Shown here piece by piece: positions 28,913-40,600 of a DNA stretch of 64,000 nucleotides. The position numbers and the translations under genes are program-made. The first letter of the stretch is position 1. Each line of letters starts with the position of its first letter. The notes under the pieces are model-generated. The model was given only the letters and a program-made list of their open reading frames with translations, was not told the origin of the DNA and ran no database searches. Origin of the DNA: a bacterium. GTDB lineage: Bacteria > SAR324 > JACQKK01. The DNA is taken from assembly GCA_965240465.1 (NCBI GenBank), contig OZ251219.1, positions 1,440,001-1,504,000 on the forward strand, read 5' to 3'.

Positions 28913-31207
28913 ATGAAAAAAGAAGAAAAAAAACCAGTTGATACTCTGGCGGAAGAGGCACTGGAATATCATAGTCGTCCGCCTAGGGGTAAGGTTGAGG
29001 TACGTGCCACTAAACCTACCTCTACTCAGCATGACTTAGTACTGGCATACAGCCCTGGAGTAGCAGCACCTTGTCTAGAAATTGCACGTGATGAATCTCT
29101 TAGCTGGAAATATACTGCACGGGGCAATTTGGTGGCAGTGGTCAGTGATGGCAGTGCCGTACTGGGACTAGGCAATATAGGTCCTCTGGCTTCTAAGCCT
29201 GTGATGGAAGGTAAAGCCGTGTTGTTCAAGCAATTTGCAGGAATTGATGTTTTTGATCTGGAGATAGATTCAAAAGATCCTAATAAGTTTATTGATATCG
29301 TTAGTGCCCTGGAACCCACATTTGGAGGCATCAATCTGGAGGATATTAAAGCCCCAGAATGCTTTAAGATAGAACCTTCCTTGCAAAAAAAGGTGGGCAT
29401 CCCCGTGTTTCATGATGACCAACACGGCACAGCCATTATCAGTGGAGCAGCTCTTATAAATGCTCTAGCCTTGATAGGCAAAAGCATGGAGAGCGTAAAG
29501 GTGGTTTTCAGTGGAGCTGGTGCAGCAGCGATAGGTTGTGCCAATTTCTATCTGCAGCTGGGCATGCGGCGGGATAACATTTCCATGGCCGATTCTAAGG
29601 GCGTACTGCACCAGGACAGAGATGATATTAGTCCTCAGGCACGTCAATTTGCCCAAAAAACTAAATGCCGTATCCTAAAGGAAATTGTTCGTGATGCAGA
29701 TATCTTTGTAGGACTCTCTGCACCTAATGTTCTTACCCCAGAGATGTTGAAATCAATGGCAAAAAAACCTATTGTTTTTGCACTTGCTAACCCTACCCCA
29801 GAAATTGATTACCATTTAGCCAAAAAAACTCGCCCCGATAGCATCATTGCCACAGGACGCTCAGATTACCCCAACCAAGTCAACAATGTCCTCTGCTTCC
29901 CTTTCATCTTCAGAGGGGCACTGGATGTTCGTGCTACTTGTATCAATGAAGAAATGAAACTGGCTGCTTCTAATGCCCTAGCCTTGCTAGCCCGTGCAGA
30001 AACTCCAGATGAAGTACTAGATGCCTATAATCTGAACTCCCTACACTTTGGCAAAGAATACCTAATCCCCAAACCTTTTGACCATCGTGTTCTGCTGTCG
30101 GTTGCCCCTGCCGTCGCTCGAGCAGCAATTGAAACCGGCGTTGCAGCTGCTAGTGGAAATTTTAAATATAACGAATATAGAGACTACCTTGAATCACTAC
30201 AAAGCCTAGCAAGATACACCGTTAGGAAATTAAATAGACGCATAAAAGTCTCAGCCCACTCACGTAAGAAACGAGTGGTTTTTCCAGATAGTAGTAATGA
30301 AAGCGTGCTTAGAGCCTGTAGCCATATCGTGCAAGAAGGAGTGGCTACCCCAGTACTGCTCGGTAGCCCAAAACATATAGAAAAATGGGCCTGCAATTGG
30401 CAAATAGACCTCCATGGAGTGGAAATTATTGATCCATTAAATTCACCATTGGTGGATAAATTTGCAGATGAGTTACTGAAAATAAGGGCTCGTAAGGGGA
30501 TTGATAAATTACAAGCACAAGCACAAGCTTCGGATGTGATTGAATTTGGGCTGATGATGGTCAGAACCAATCAAGCAGATTGCTTCGTGGGTGGCATCAG
30601 CAGACCATTCCCTAGCATTCTTCGTCCATCCTTAAAAATTATTGGAGTTAGAAAAGAAGCTTGCACCGTGAGCGGATTTTACATGCTTATTTACAAGGAT
30701 AGAGTACTTTTTCTATCCGACTGCGTGGTTAACATCAAACCCGATGCCGAAAAACTGGCCTATACTGCCATCAATACGGCTCGGGCTGCCAGGTTTTTAG
30801 GTCATACCCCAAAAGTTGCCTTTGTTTCATTCTGTAATTTTGGTAGCAGTCAGAATGAAGAACCAGAAACCATCCAAGCTGCCTTAAAGATTGTACATCA
30901 AAAAGAACCGAGCTTGATGGCAGAAGGTGAAATGCAAGCACACCTAGCCCTTTCTCATCGGGAACGCCAAAAACTCTTCCCCTTCTCTGTCATGGAAGGA
31001 TCTGCCAACATCCTAATCATGCCCAACCTCAGTGCAGCTTCCATTGCCTGTTGCAGTCTGGTAGCCCTCAGCGATGCCGACATAGTGGGTCCTATTCTGT
31101 CTGGCATGAAAAAGCCAGTTAACCTTATTCCTCAGGAAGCACGGGTACAGGATATCATTAGCATGACCACCATCTCTGTGCTGGAAGCCCAAGAACAGGT
31201 GCTTTAG
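28913..31207 (+). CDS. maeB: NADP-dependent malic enzyme with PTA-like domain
   Basis: [47 protein letters not shown] and a C-terminal PTA fold. Confidence 0.96.
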   Translation: MKKEEKKPVDTLAEEALEYHSRPPRGKVEVRATKPTSTQHDLVLAYSPGVAAPCLEIARDESLSWKYTARGNLVAVVSDGSAVLGLGNIGPLASKPVMEGKAVLFKQFAGIDVFDLEIDSKDPNKFIDIVSALEPTFGGINLEDIKAPECFKIEPSLQKKVGIPVFHDDQHGTAIISGAALINALALIGKSMESVKVVFSGAGAAAIGCANFYLQLGMRRDNISMADSKGVLHQDRDDISPQARQFAQKTKCRILKEIVRDADIFVGLSAPNVLTPEMLKSMAKKPIVFALANPTPEIDYHLAKKTRPDSIIATGRSDYPNQVNNVLCFPFIFRGALDVRATCINEEMKLAASNALALLARAETPDEVLDAYNLNSLHFGKEYLIPKPFDHRVLLSVAPAVARAAIETGVAAASGNFKYNEYRDYLESLQSLARYTVRKLNRRIKVSAHSRKKRVVFPDSSNESVLRACSHIVQEGVATPVLLGSPKHIEKWACNWQIDLHGVEIIDPLNSPLVDKFADELLKIRARKGIDKLQAQAQASDVIEFGLMMVRTNQADCFVGGISRPFPSILRPSLKIIGVRKEACTVSGFYMLIYKDRVLFLSDCVVNIKPDAEKLAYTAINTARAARFLGHTPKVAFVSFCNFGSSQNEEPETIQAALKIVHQKEPSLMAEGEMQAHLALSHRERQKLFPFSVMEGSANILIMPNLSAASIACCSLVALSDADIVGPILSGMKKPVNLIPQEARVQDIISMTTISVLEAQEQVL

Positions 31208-32274
31208 CAATTTACTATCCGCTCCCGCTCTGTAGTAGAAAGGGATTCATTGGTAGCTAGTTGTCCGCAGGCTGCCAGAATGTCCTGTCCTTTGGATATT
31301 CTAAGCGTGGCAACAAGACCTTTATTGAGGAGTAACCGTTGGAATGCACGCATTTGCGTCATGGAAGAAGGGTAATAAGGACTTTTTGGAAAAGTGTTAT
31401 ACATTATCAGGTTAATTTTGCAAGGTATCCCGTGCAGTAGCTTCACTAAGCTGCGGGCCTGATTGAGAGTATCTGTCATATCTTTGATGAGAATGTATTC
31501 AAAAGTCAGCTGATGTCGTCTGTTTTGGGTAGCTTGACGGCAGGCATCTAGCAGAGCTGCGATGTTCCAGCGGCGGTTGATAGGCATAATGCGGCTACGG
31601 AGTTCATCTGTGGTAGCGTTGAGGGAGACAGCCAGATTGAATTTGAGATTGTCTTTGCCAAAATTCAGGATGGCTGGTACCAAGCCGCTTGTAGAGATGG
31701 TAATACGGCGGGCTGCTAGCTTAAAGCCATCATTTGCTTGTAAAATACTGAGAGCATTAATGAGATTTTTGTAATTGTGGAGTGGTTCTCCCATGCCCAT
31801 GAAAACAAGATTACTAATCCTCCTGTCATCAGGCAACAAACGGGACAACTCGATTACTTGATCTACAATTTCACCCGTAGTCAGTTGTCGCTTTAACCCC
31901 ATTGCAGCAGTCAGGCAGAAGGTGCATCCCATGGCACAGCCAACCTGAGAAGAAATACAAGCCGTATAATGCTTGCGATTAGGCATCAGTACCGATTCAA
32001 TTGCTTGTAGATCAGCCAGCTGAAAGCGGATCTTGCGGGATTGGTCTTGGGATACGAGGGATTGAGTTTGGGCTAAGTTGCCTATATCAAAGTGTTCATC
32101 TAATTGCTGACGGAGTGCTTCTGGCAAACTAGTCATTTCGCCAAAATTCTTGGTGCGATGCTGGTAAAGCCACTGAAATACCTGACGAGCACGATAAGAG
32201 GGCTGGTCATGCTCTCCCAGCCAATTGGTTAGTCCTGCTAGGGTAAAGTCTTTGATATTTTGCTTTTGGAGCAT
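31204..32274 (-). CDS. rlmN: Dual-specificity RNA methyltransferase (radical SAM)
   Basis: CISSQVGCAMGCTFC, MGMGEPL, ILAACGQL. Confidence 0.96.
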   Translation of the reverse strand: MLQKQNIKDFTLAGLTNWLGEHDQPSYRARQVFQWLYQHRTKNFGEMTSLPEALRQQLDEHFDIGNLAQTQSLVSQDQSRKIRFQLADLQAIESVLMPNRKHYTACISSQVGCAMGCTFCLTAAMGLKRQLTTGEIVDQVIELSRLLPDDRRISNLVFMGMGEPLHNYKNLINALSILQANDGFKLAARRITISTSGLVPAILNFGKDNLKFNLAVSLNATTDELRSRIMPINRRWNIAALLDACRQATQNRRHQLTFEYILIKDMTDTLNQARSLVKLLHGIPCKINLIMYNTFPKSPYYPSSMTQMRAFQRLLLNKGLVATLRISKGQDILAACGQLATNESLSTTERERIVNC

Positions 32275-32393
32275 CTATGAAGGTAAAAAGTAGGACAATT
32301 TAGCAGACGTATAACGATCACAGTGTACAGCGTTATGATCTGCTTCTGATTTAATTTTTGGGATCCCTTTAGTTTGTCTCAGAACCTCATTAT

Positions 32394-33920
32394 CTAGCTA
32401 TTAAGAATCTGTTTTTGTCTTGTCTTACCTGCTGGGGTGGGGTATACACCGCCAACACAAGCCAGGCATAGTTTTTCAGGAGGCATATGTAGAGCAAGGC
32501 ACACGCGTTCAATGGGAAGGTAGTCCAAGCTATCGGCATTTAAGGACTTTGCCATGGCTTGCAATTGTTCTGCTGAGGGATAAAGGATTTTTCCATTGTT
32601 ACCAGGGACCAGGAACTTGTCTGCAAACATTTCTTTTCTGGTGGGCATATCAATGCCGTAGAAGCAGGGCATTTGAATGGGAGGCGAGCCGATTCTCACG
32701 TGGACTGATCGTACTTGTCCTCTTTGACGCAAGTTTTCTATTACTACTTGCAAGGTGGTACCGCGTACGAGGCTGTCATCAATTAGGTAAATATCCTTTC
32801 CTTTCAATACCTCTGTCAAAGGAGTGAATTTAAGGCGGGCTGTTTTAGCACGATCGGTACTTTCTATAAAGGTTCTGCCCACGTAGCGGTTATGCAACAG
32901 ACCCTGTTGCAATGGAAGCCCCATTTGGTGAGCAAATGCACTGGCCGCCGTTGATGAAGTTTCGGGTACACAAATGACCATTGCCCCCTTTGGCGAATCT
33001 CCTTTGAGACATTCTTTTTCCTGCAATGCCTGTTGATTACCTATGTTGCTACGTGCTTGATGGACCGAATGCCCGTCAATAGATGAACCAAGATTAGAGA
33101 AATACACCCACTCAAAAAAACAAGGAGTATGCTTCACGATGGGCATATAACGCTCTACCCGCCATCCTTTGGGGTTAGCTATAAGCATTTCGCCTGGTTT
33201 TAAATAACGAATTTCCTTCATATTTAAATTGCGATGTACCACATTCTCTGATGCTGCCAGTAGCATGTTATCCTGTACGGCATAGGCGAAAGGTTTAAAG
33301 CCAAGTGGGTCTCTAGCTGCTACCAATTCCCCTTCTGCATTGATGAACACAATGTTGTACGCTCCATCAAAATCTTTGGCTAATCGGGTAAATAGCTTCA
33401 CCATATCTGGTCTACGCTCTCCCTTTAACTGTCGATTGATACAGTGCATCATGACTTCAGTATCGGTACTAGAGGTAATGTGATAATCCCTGCTTTCCAA
33501 TTCCGCTTTCAGGTCTTCGTAGTTGGCCAAGTTACCGTTAAACGCCAAAGAAAACCACTTCCATTTGCGACCATGGACACGCTCAAATGGCTGAGCATCC
33601 TCTTTGTCATTATTGCCTGATGTACTGTAGCGGTTGTGTCCGATGGAAGCAAAGCCTCTTAATTGCTGCATCAGTTCCAGGTTTTTTTCTTTGTCATGCA
33701 ATGCAAACACATGTTGCACAGAACCGATGTTCTTGTAAGAACGCAAAATACGATTCCCCTCAGGGAGATAACTAGTGATGCCCGCACTTTGCTGTCCGCG
33801 GTTTTGCATATCTAGCAAGGCTCTAACTACGGGTACAGCAGAGTTGCAGCGTTCTTGCTGCTCACCAAAGTAATAACAGGCAGCAACCCCGCATTCTTCC
33901 TTAATTTCACTCATAAACAT
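32394..33920 (-). CDS. purF: Amidophosphoribosyltransferase (propeptide / Fe-S type)
   Basis: KEECG, QNRGQ, GHNRYST, DDSLVRGTT, PCFYGID, CLAC. Confidence 0.95.
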   Translation of the reverse strand: MFMSEIKEECGVAACYYFGEQQERCNSAVPVVRALLDMQNRGQQSAGITSYLPEGNRILRSYKNIGSVQHVFALHDKEKNLELMQQLRGFASIGHNRYSTSGNNDKEDAQPFERVHGRKWKWFSLAFNGNLANYEDLKAELESRDYHITSSTDTEVMMHCINRQLKGERRPDMVKLFTRLAKDFDGAYNIVFINAEGELVAARDPLGFKPFAYAVQDNMLLAASENVVHRNLNMKEIRYLKPGEMLIANPKGWRVERYMPIVKHTPCFFEWVYFSNLGSSIDGHSVHQARSNIGNQQALQEKECLKGDSPKGAMVICVPETSSTAASAFAHQMGLPLQQGLLHNRYVGRTFIESTDRAKTARLKFTPLTEVLKGKDIYLIDDSLVRGTTLQVVIENLRQRGQVRSVHVRIGSPPIQMPCFYGIDMPTRKEMFADKFLVPGNNGKILYPSAEQLQAMAKSLNADSLDYLPIERVCLALHMPPEKLCLACVGGVYPTPAGKTRQKQILNS

Positions 33921-33950
33921 TCCATAACATAGAAAGGTCCTGAAGGCACC

Positions 33951-34838
33951 CTATTGCCAGCGTGCTATCAAGCTATCATACGCTTGCTGTACCCGCAAAA
34001 ATTCTCCCACCGAGCCACCCTGGTCAGGATGATTATGCTTAGCTAATCTCCGATACGCTGAACGAATATCCTCCAATTCTGCATCCTCATTCAAACCCAA
34101 CACCGCTAAATGCTCTGACATACCCGCCAACGGTGAATGCCCTTCGCCAACCTTGCTCCAGCCTTTCATCCCCAAAAGACGAGCCTTCGTTAACAAATAA
34201 AACATTAATTTCTCACAACGGTCTTGCACAAACATTAATTCACTAGGGGGAGTACGCCAAAAATCCTCAGTCCCTGCTCTCTCTAAAAGTGCTACGGCTG
34301 TAGCTCTCAAATAATCGGAAGACAAGGTTTCATACAGACCATGACGCTTATCCATCTCCAGTGGACGCAATCGAATCTCACGTACTAATCGCCCCACATG
34401 CATTTCCATACTCCGAAACCCCGTTGCCAACCGCTCCCGCAATTCATCCTCAGTCATAGACTCGTAGGCGTCAAAACGCATCCCTAATACATCGCCCAAG
34501 CACAACAGTACCTCACGATAGTGCTCCTGCAAAAACACCAAACCACTGTTGTACACTGCTTCCGTATCCCAACTGAAATCACAAGACTTCAATATTTCCA
34601 ATAATGCTTCATCTTCCCAAGGTGCTAAGGTACGATACACTGAATATCCGCGGTCCCTATCAAAATATCGATACCAAGCCCATAAAACCTCCTTGGCAGG
34701 CAAATCGCTCTGTAACAATAAGTGCAAACCAATGGCACTCAGGCCAGTATGACCACGTTCATTACTCACGCCATGACGCACACTACCACGCAAACCTTCA
34801 AAAAACTTTAATACAGTTCTTGTTTGATCCCGACCCAC
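33951..34838 (-). CDS. Protein with a C-terminal J-domain
   Basis: LAVLGL...IRSAYRRLAKHNHPDQGG...FLRVQQAY (HPD motif). The N-terminal region is unrecognised. Confidence 0.75.
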   Translation of the reverse strand: MGRDQTRTVLKFFEGLRGSVRHGVSNERGHTGLSAIGLHLLLQSDLPAKEVLWAWYRYFDRDRGYSVYRTLAPWEDEALLEILKSCDFSWDTEAVYNSGLVFLQEHYREVLLCLGDVLGMRFDAYESMTEDELRERLATGFRSMEMHVGRLVREIRLRPLEMDKRHGLYETLSSDYLRATAVALLERAGTEDFWRTPPSELMFVQDRCEKLMFYLLTKARLLGMKGWSKVGEGHSPLAGMSEHLAVLGLNEDAELEDIRSAYRRLAKHNHPDQGGSVGEFLRVQQAYDSLIARWQ

Positions 34839-34979
34839 AACTCAACACCATAAAATACTACCCTGACCCCACTACCATGATTCATGCTTCCACAATCAAT
34901 AACAAAACACCAATTTCTTAGAAGTAAAGCACCGCAGAAGAACTTGAATACCACACAAGTGTTATATTGCCACATCCCT

Positions 34980-35597
34980 TCACCGATTAGGAATAAAAGG
35001 GAGCGGTATCTGATAAGCAGACTTATAGCTAGAAAATACCAGCAAAGCCTCTAGCTGTGCGGCCGATATTTTAATGCTTATTCTTTTCGGAAGGGATGTT
35101 CCCTTAGCAATAGTCTGATAAGCTAAGTAATCAACAATGAGTACGGGCTTATTATTTTGCCATCGTTGCCATGAACTCAGTAATCCATCTGGTCGCAACT
35201 GCTCACGATACTCGAATGGCTCGGTGCTACCCCAGTGATTTGCTTCCCTTTTTGATGTAACTGGCGGTATGCCACTAAGCAATACTTGCAATTCCAAGCC
35301 ATTTAATAACTCCTTCAATTCTTCATTATCTTTAGGATTGATCCACAGCGTATTGCCATCGGAACGGGCTTCCCACAATGATTTACTGCTAAAAGGATGC
35401 TTTAAGCGGATCAGAGCTTTGTTGTCGGTCCAAAGCAAGGCTTCCACATTAAAGATTTGGGCTTCGGATGTTGTCTTTACCCTAATGCGTCCCTGCAGTA
35501 GCACCCCGGCTGATGGGTCAAAGGACGGCTGTCGGGTGCAACTCACAACACTCAATAGCACCATTATGATTAGGTGATGCCTAAACTGCCATCCCAC
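34980..35597 (-). CDS. Putative lipoprotein, LolB-like fold possible
   Basis: GTG start at 35597 gives MGWQFRHHLIIMVLLSVVS-C, a lipobox. C-terminal VDYLAYQ...LPKRISI pattern. Confidence 0.55.
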   Translation of the reverse strand: MGWQFRHHLIIMVLLSVVSCTRQPSFDPSAGVLLQGRIRVKTTSEAQIFNVEALLWTDNKALIRLKHPFSSKSLWEARSDGNTLWINPKDNEELKELLNGLELQVLLSGIPPVTSKREANHWGSTEPFEYREQLRPDGLLSSWQRWQNNKPVLIVDYLAYQTIAKGTSLPKRISIKISAAQLEALLVFSSYKSAYQIPLPFIPNR

Positions 35598-35599
35598 AG

Positions 35600-35707
35600 T
35601 TATTTCATCCAGCGTTTCTCGGCCCAAATAAAGACCGATAAATAAACCACGGCTAACAAACCAACAATAAGTAAAACAATGAATTCGTGCATGAGTATTT
35701 CTTTCAT
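35600..35707 (-). CDS. Small single-TM protein (30-35 aa), not in the ORF track
   Basis: MKEILMHEFIVLLIVGLLAVVYLSVFIWAEKRWMK*. The stop is 2 nt before the lipoprotein GTG. Confidence 0.45.
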   Translation of the reverse strand: MKEILMHEFIVLLIVGLLAVVYLSVFIWAEKRWMK

Positions 35708-35817
35708 TTATTATAATTTAGCCGAAAAAAAATTGCATTTTTGGCAAAATATTCTTAATAAATTAATTTTTAGTATTCAGTTTTTGCCTCTATAAGAGTG
35801 TTTCACCCTGTTATTAG

Positions 35818-36194
35818 TGGAGGCGGCGGGAATTGAACCCGCGTCCTATCAGGTCAGGGGAAGGTTTTCTACAAGCTTAGCGGCTGTTTTATTTAACTCA
35901 TGGCTTGGCAAACCGCAGCCTTACCAAAAGCGATTCTACCTATTGAGTGTCCTCAACTGCCAGCAGACAAACAGCTGAGTAAGCACGATTATGATACGGT
36001 GGTCTCTTTATCATGCGTCCAGAGGCCGCATCCGACTTAAAAGGGTCTAGGCCTATTTAGGCAGCTAGAGCCATCGGAGTGTAGTCGCTGTTTTTGGCAA
36101 CTAACGTTTCCATCGATTTTTTACGTGGCCATCGATGAACCACGGCTTGCTTACCTTTCCTTGAAAATCCTGTAGTCGAAGCCAGTACGCCCCC
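35818..36194 (-). ncRNA. ssrA: tmRNA; tag peptide (A)AKNSDYTPMALAA encoded at 36098-36057
   Basis: 5' GGGGGCGTACTGGCTTCGAC, 3' GGACGCGGGTTCAATTCCCGCCGCCTCCA, tag ORF ending ALAA-stop, adjacent to smpB. Confidence 0.97.
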
Positions 36195-36275
36195 AAACAA
36201 AATCGGGGCTGGGGCGGCCTATCCGCCCCTCCTAGCGATTATACAACTATTAAAATTTAAATAAAAGGTCTTATA

Positions 36276-36773
36276 TCAACTCTGAGAATGTTGCTGGAGG
36301 GCTTGTTGTGCTTCTCGTTGCATTTGGCGTTGTTTAAGGGCTTCTCGTTTGTCGTGTTCTTTTTTTCCTTTCGCGAGGGCTATTTGTAGCTTTAGTTTTC
36401 CTTTTAGGAAGTAAGCTTTAACAGGCACTAATGCCCAGCCGCGTTCTCTGGTACGTCCGTATAGGCGGAGGTTTTGCTTCTTGTTCAGCAATAATTTACG
36501 AGGACGGATGGGGTCTTGTATAACGTAGCCGCCGTGTTCATAGGGAGCTATGTGAGCACCCATCAGGAAAATTTCATTGGCAGTAATACGGCAATAGCTT
36601 TCTGTTAGGCTAAGATGCCCATGGCGAACGCTTTTTACTTCCGGACCTCGCAAGACGATGCCTGCTTCTAATATCTCAATAAGCTCATAGTGGTGACGCA
36701 CGCGGCGGTTATCTGCAACCAATTTGGTAGGCAAAATTGTTGAGGTCGCAGGCTTTTTATTGGTAGCTGACAT
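36276..36773 (-). CDS. smpB: SsrA-binding protein
   Basis: NRRVRHHY, EAGIVLRGPEVKS, RPRKLLL, GKKEHDKR. Confidence 0.97.
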   Translation of the reverse strand: MSATNKKPATSTILPTKLVADNRRVRHHYELIEILEAGIVLRGPEVKSVRHGHLSLTESYCRITANEIFLMGAHIAPYEHGGYVIQDPIRPRKLLLNKKQNLRLYGRTRERGWALVPVKAYFLKGKLKLQIALAKGKKEHDKREALKQRQMQREAQQALQQHSQS

Positions 36774-36782
36774 AGCAAACCC

Positions 36783-37520
36783 TTACGATGATTGGTATGC
36801 CCGATACTCCTTACCACTACTTTTTACAGATACCGGAAATTCTTTTTGGATATAATCTTGAAGTGCTTTGGGATAAAGTCTTTGCTCTATTTTTTTTACC
36901 TTTTCTTGCAATGCTTCTGGAGTGTCTTTTGATGATATCGCCGCAGATTCCGTATCTAGAATACGACCCTGATCATATTTTCCTGTGACTAAGTGAACCG
37001 TGGCACCGCTGGTTTTTTGCTTCTCTTTTAAGACAGCTTCATGAACACGCAAACCATACATGCCCATCCCCCCGAATTGAGGGAATTCACCAATCAGGGC
37101 AGGATGAATGTTGATAATACGCCCAGGCCATGTTTCTAACAAGGGAGTACCAACAAGCCTCATATAGCCAGCACAAACAATCAATTGTACTTGATGCTCT
37201 TTGAAAACAGCTTTGATAGCTTCATCGGGATTGGAGTCTGTTTTAGCACTGATATGTCTGGTAGCAATACCATGCTTATGTGCACGCTTTAGAACGTAGG
37301 CTTTAGAGTTATTGCTGACCACAATGCAGACATTCGCATCTAGCTTGCCATTGGCAATGGCCTTAATGATGGAATCCAAGCCGCTACCTCCATGAGAACA
37401 CAGAACTCCTAAATTAATACTTTGCTTGGGTGGTGTCACTGCTAATGACCCATGCTCACCATAAGTAACGGTCGCATGGGGCGATTGAGGTATTGCTATT
37501 AGTGGAGATCTGGCAGTCAT
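36783..37520 (-). CDS. purN: Phosphoribosylglycinamide formyltransferase
   Basis: AGYMR, INIHPAL, GMYGLRVH, SGATVHLV, YDQG. Confidence 0.93.
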   Translation of the reverse strand: MTARSPLIAIPQSPHATVTYGEHGSLAVTPPKQSINLGVLCSHGGSGLDSIIKAIANGKLDANVCIVVSNNSKAYVLKRAHKHGIATRHISAKTDSNPDEAIKAVFKEHQVQLIVCAGYMRLVGTPLLETWPGRIINIHPALIGEFPQFGGMGMYGLRVHEAVLKEKQKTSGATVHLVTGKYDQGRILDTESAAISSKDTPEALQEKVKKIEQRLYPKALQDYIQKEFPVSVKSSGKEYRAYQSS

Positions 37521-37631
37521 ACCCTAGGTAAGCAACAAATACGAGAAGATGGCTAGGCAACGGTACACCCTGCAATATACCACATATTCTATCTTGCTAT
37601 CAAAAATAAGCCCACGAGTAAAGGTGCCATA

Positions 37632-40600
37632 CTAAGAAGTAACTGGTTTAACAATAAATAGAAGGTCTCCCTGATTGATGGTTTGGCCACTTTCAACCAT
37701 GATTTTCCTTAGTTCAAATTTCTGATGCTGTGGGAATATATCTTGTCCAGATTGGTTAAAATCATTGAGGGTCAGAGGTTCAAAAACCTTCATAGCTTCT
37801 ATTAACCCAAGTGGCTGTGATGTATCAATTAGGGTGTGGAGTTTAACAAATGGAGGTTCTTCTGGTGATGGACTGCCATAGAAAATCCCAGTGCGAGGAG
37901 AAAGAACTTTTAATTCTTCTGAATTGGAAATAGAGATAGATTTGATGTCAATGTTGCCAATATTTGTAGAATGGCGTTGTTCAGCATCGTTGATGATAGC
38001 TTTAATGTCTGCTTTCTCGAAGAATTTTTCCAAGTAATTGGTGTCATATATTCCTTTGCGGAAGGTTTTGTCAGCAAGGATGGCTTCCATAAGAGAAATA
38101 TTGGTATAAATGCCTTCAATATGAGTGTTTTGTAGGCCTTTTAGGAGAGTATCAATGACTGTCTTGCGGTCGGGGCCGTGGGCAATAATTTGAATTATGA
38201 GGCTATCGTAGTAAGGAGGAATGGTGTCATTTTCTTCGGCTGCACTTAGGATACGCAGGTTAGGATCTTCTGGTAGGCGGAGGAAGGTGATTTTGCCTGG
38301 ACTAGGCTTAAAATGAAGTTTGTTATCATTGGTCAGTATCAATTGTTCAGCATTGATGCGTACCTCCATAGCATAACCGTTATTTTTGGGCTTTAGGTTG
38401 GCAATACTCTTCCCAGCCGCAATACGGATTTGCTCTACAACGATATCTACTTCAGATACCATTTCGGTCACAGGATGTTCTACTTGTAGTCGGGTGTTCA
38501 TTTCCATGAAGTAGGCGGTATCTCGTTTAAGGTCATGGATGAATTCTACCGTGCCTGCACCAATGTAATTTACCTCATCAGCAATTCTTTCAGAATCGGT
38601 AATAAGCCGCTTAATAAGTTCTGGCTTCAATAAAGGAGAACCTGATTCTTCTATCAATTTTTGTTTTTGCCTCTGCACAGAGCAATCACGTATTCCGAGA
38701 ATACAAGTGTTACCTTTGCCATCTCTTAATACTTGTACTTCTACATGGCGAATAGAACTAACAAAGTGCTCCATGTAGATATCACCGTTGCCAAAAGCAG
38801 AAAGAGCCTGCTGACTGGTACGCAAAAACGCGTCTTTTAATTCCTCAGAGTTTTCTACCAGACAAATCCCCTTGCCACCCCCGCCGAAAGCAGCTTTCAT
38901 CAAGACGGGGTACCCAATTTCTTTAGCAATTATTTGAGCTTTTTCACTAGAATCAATCACTCCCATACTGCCAGGGGCAACAGGAATTTTGAGATGGTTG
39001 GCAGTAGCAATAGCATTAGATTTATTGCCCATTAACTCCATGCTTTTAGCACCAGGACCAATGAAATTTAGTCCATGCTTCCGACATAGCCATGCAAAGT
39101 CTGGATTCTCAGATAAAAAACCTATCCCAGGATGGATGGCATCAGCTTTTTCCTGTTCAGCAATGCGAATAACGCTCATACCATTAAGGTAGCTTTCTTG
39201 AGGAGTGTTACCACCTAAACAAACAAGGCAGTCTGATTTTTTGAGCATGCGGGCAGGAAGGCTTTCCATATCGGCATCAGACTGAACTAATAGTACATTA
39301 ATTTTGGCAGCGTGAGCACCTTCAATAAGGCGAACAGCTGTGGTTCCTCTGGCATGTATAAGCAAATTGCGAACTGGAGAAAACTTGATGTAATCCTTTG
39401 GTAGCGGGGCTGTTTCCTGCGACAAATCGGGCTGTCGAGGCTTATATTCACCCTCAAGAACTCTTTTGATGGCTTGGGAAATACTTTCTGTAGGAATAGG
39501 TATGTTGGAATCAATATTCCTTAATCTTTTGTCTAGATCTGGGTCAAAAGGATTTATAACCAGATTGTTCATAGAAATAGGGTTGCGACTAAGATAGTTT
39601 GCCAGAGTAGATTCAGCGGTTAAATAACTGGGGACAACTCGCTGACCAGCAAAAGGAATCACTGCTCCAGAAAGATAAAATGTTTTTACCAGGGGATGAG
39701 TAACAAAGCTTGCTTGTACACCCCCAGTGCAATCTCTAAAGCCAAAACACAAGATCGGGAGGTCAAAATCTTTCACAAATCTGCTAATACGGTTGTTCAG
39801 GATGGCCATAGAAAAAAGAGAGCCCGCACCCTCTTTAACTTGCATCCCGCCTGAAGAAATAAGCATAACCAAGGGAAGTTTACGCTCAGCACAATCCAGC
39901 ATTAGGCGGCATATTTTTTCACAGCTGGCCATATCAAAAGCACCGGCCTGGAATAGTGTATTGCTCACCACCACACCGACGAGAGTTTTGAAACCCTGAT
40001 AATCAAAATTGGCAATTCCAGTCACAATACCAACCGGAGGAATGTCAGCTTTCAAAGACTTTTCAATTGATTGACGATAACCAGGAAATTGGTGGGGGTC
40101 GGCTGTAATGAGATTTTTATGAAGTTCTTCAAAATTAGTGAATAAGGTATCAATCACTTCTTGAGGATGAAGGCGATGTTCCTTTTTGTACTCACTAAGT
40201 AGATTTTGGATGAGCATATCCCTATAAGTTTTATTAAGCCTATGCCAAAAATCTTTAATACCAATGTTGCGAGGATTTATGCGTCCGTTGAAAACCGAAT
40301 TTTCTCTTTGGCTACGATAAAACTCAGGGAGCAAATGAGTGAACATATAAGACACTATCGCAAACAACGGCTCGCTGACCCTGGGATAGACAGTACGCTT
40401 CCAGCCGCTGATTTGACGAATAAATGGCTCAGCTTGACGCATTTGAGTCAGTTGACTGAGGAATTGGAAGAATTTTTCTCTGCAGTCATTATCTTTAATA
40501 GCAGGTCCTTTTATAGATCCTTGTACCTGTCCAAAGGTTTTATCTAAGAGGCTAGCAAGTGTTTCTTGGGTGATATGGTTTGTATCTTTTAATTCACTAG

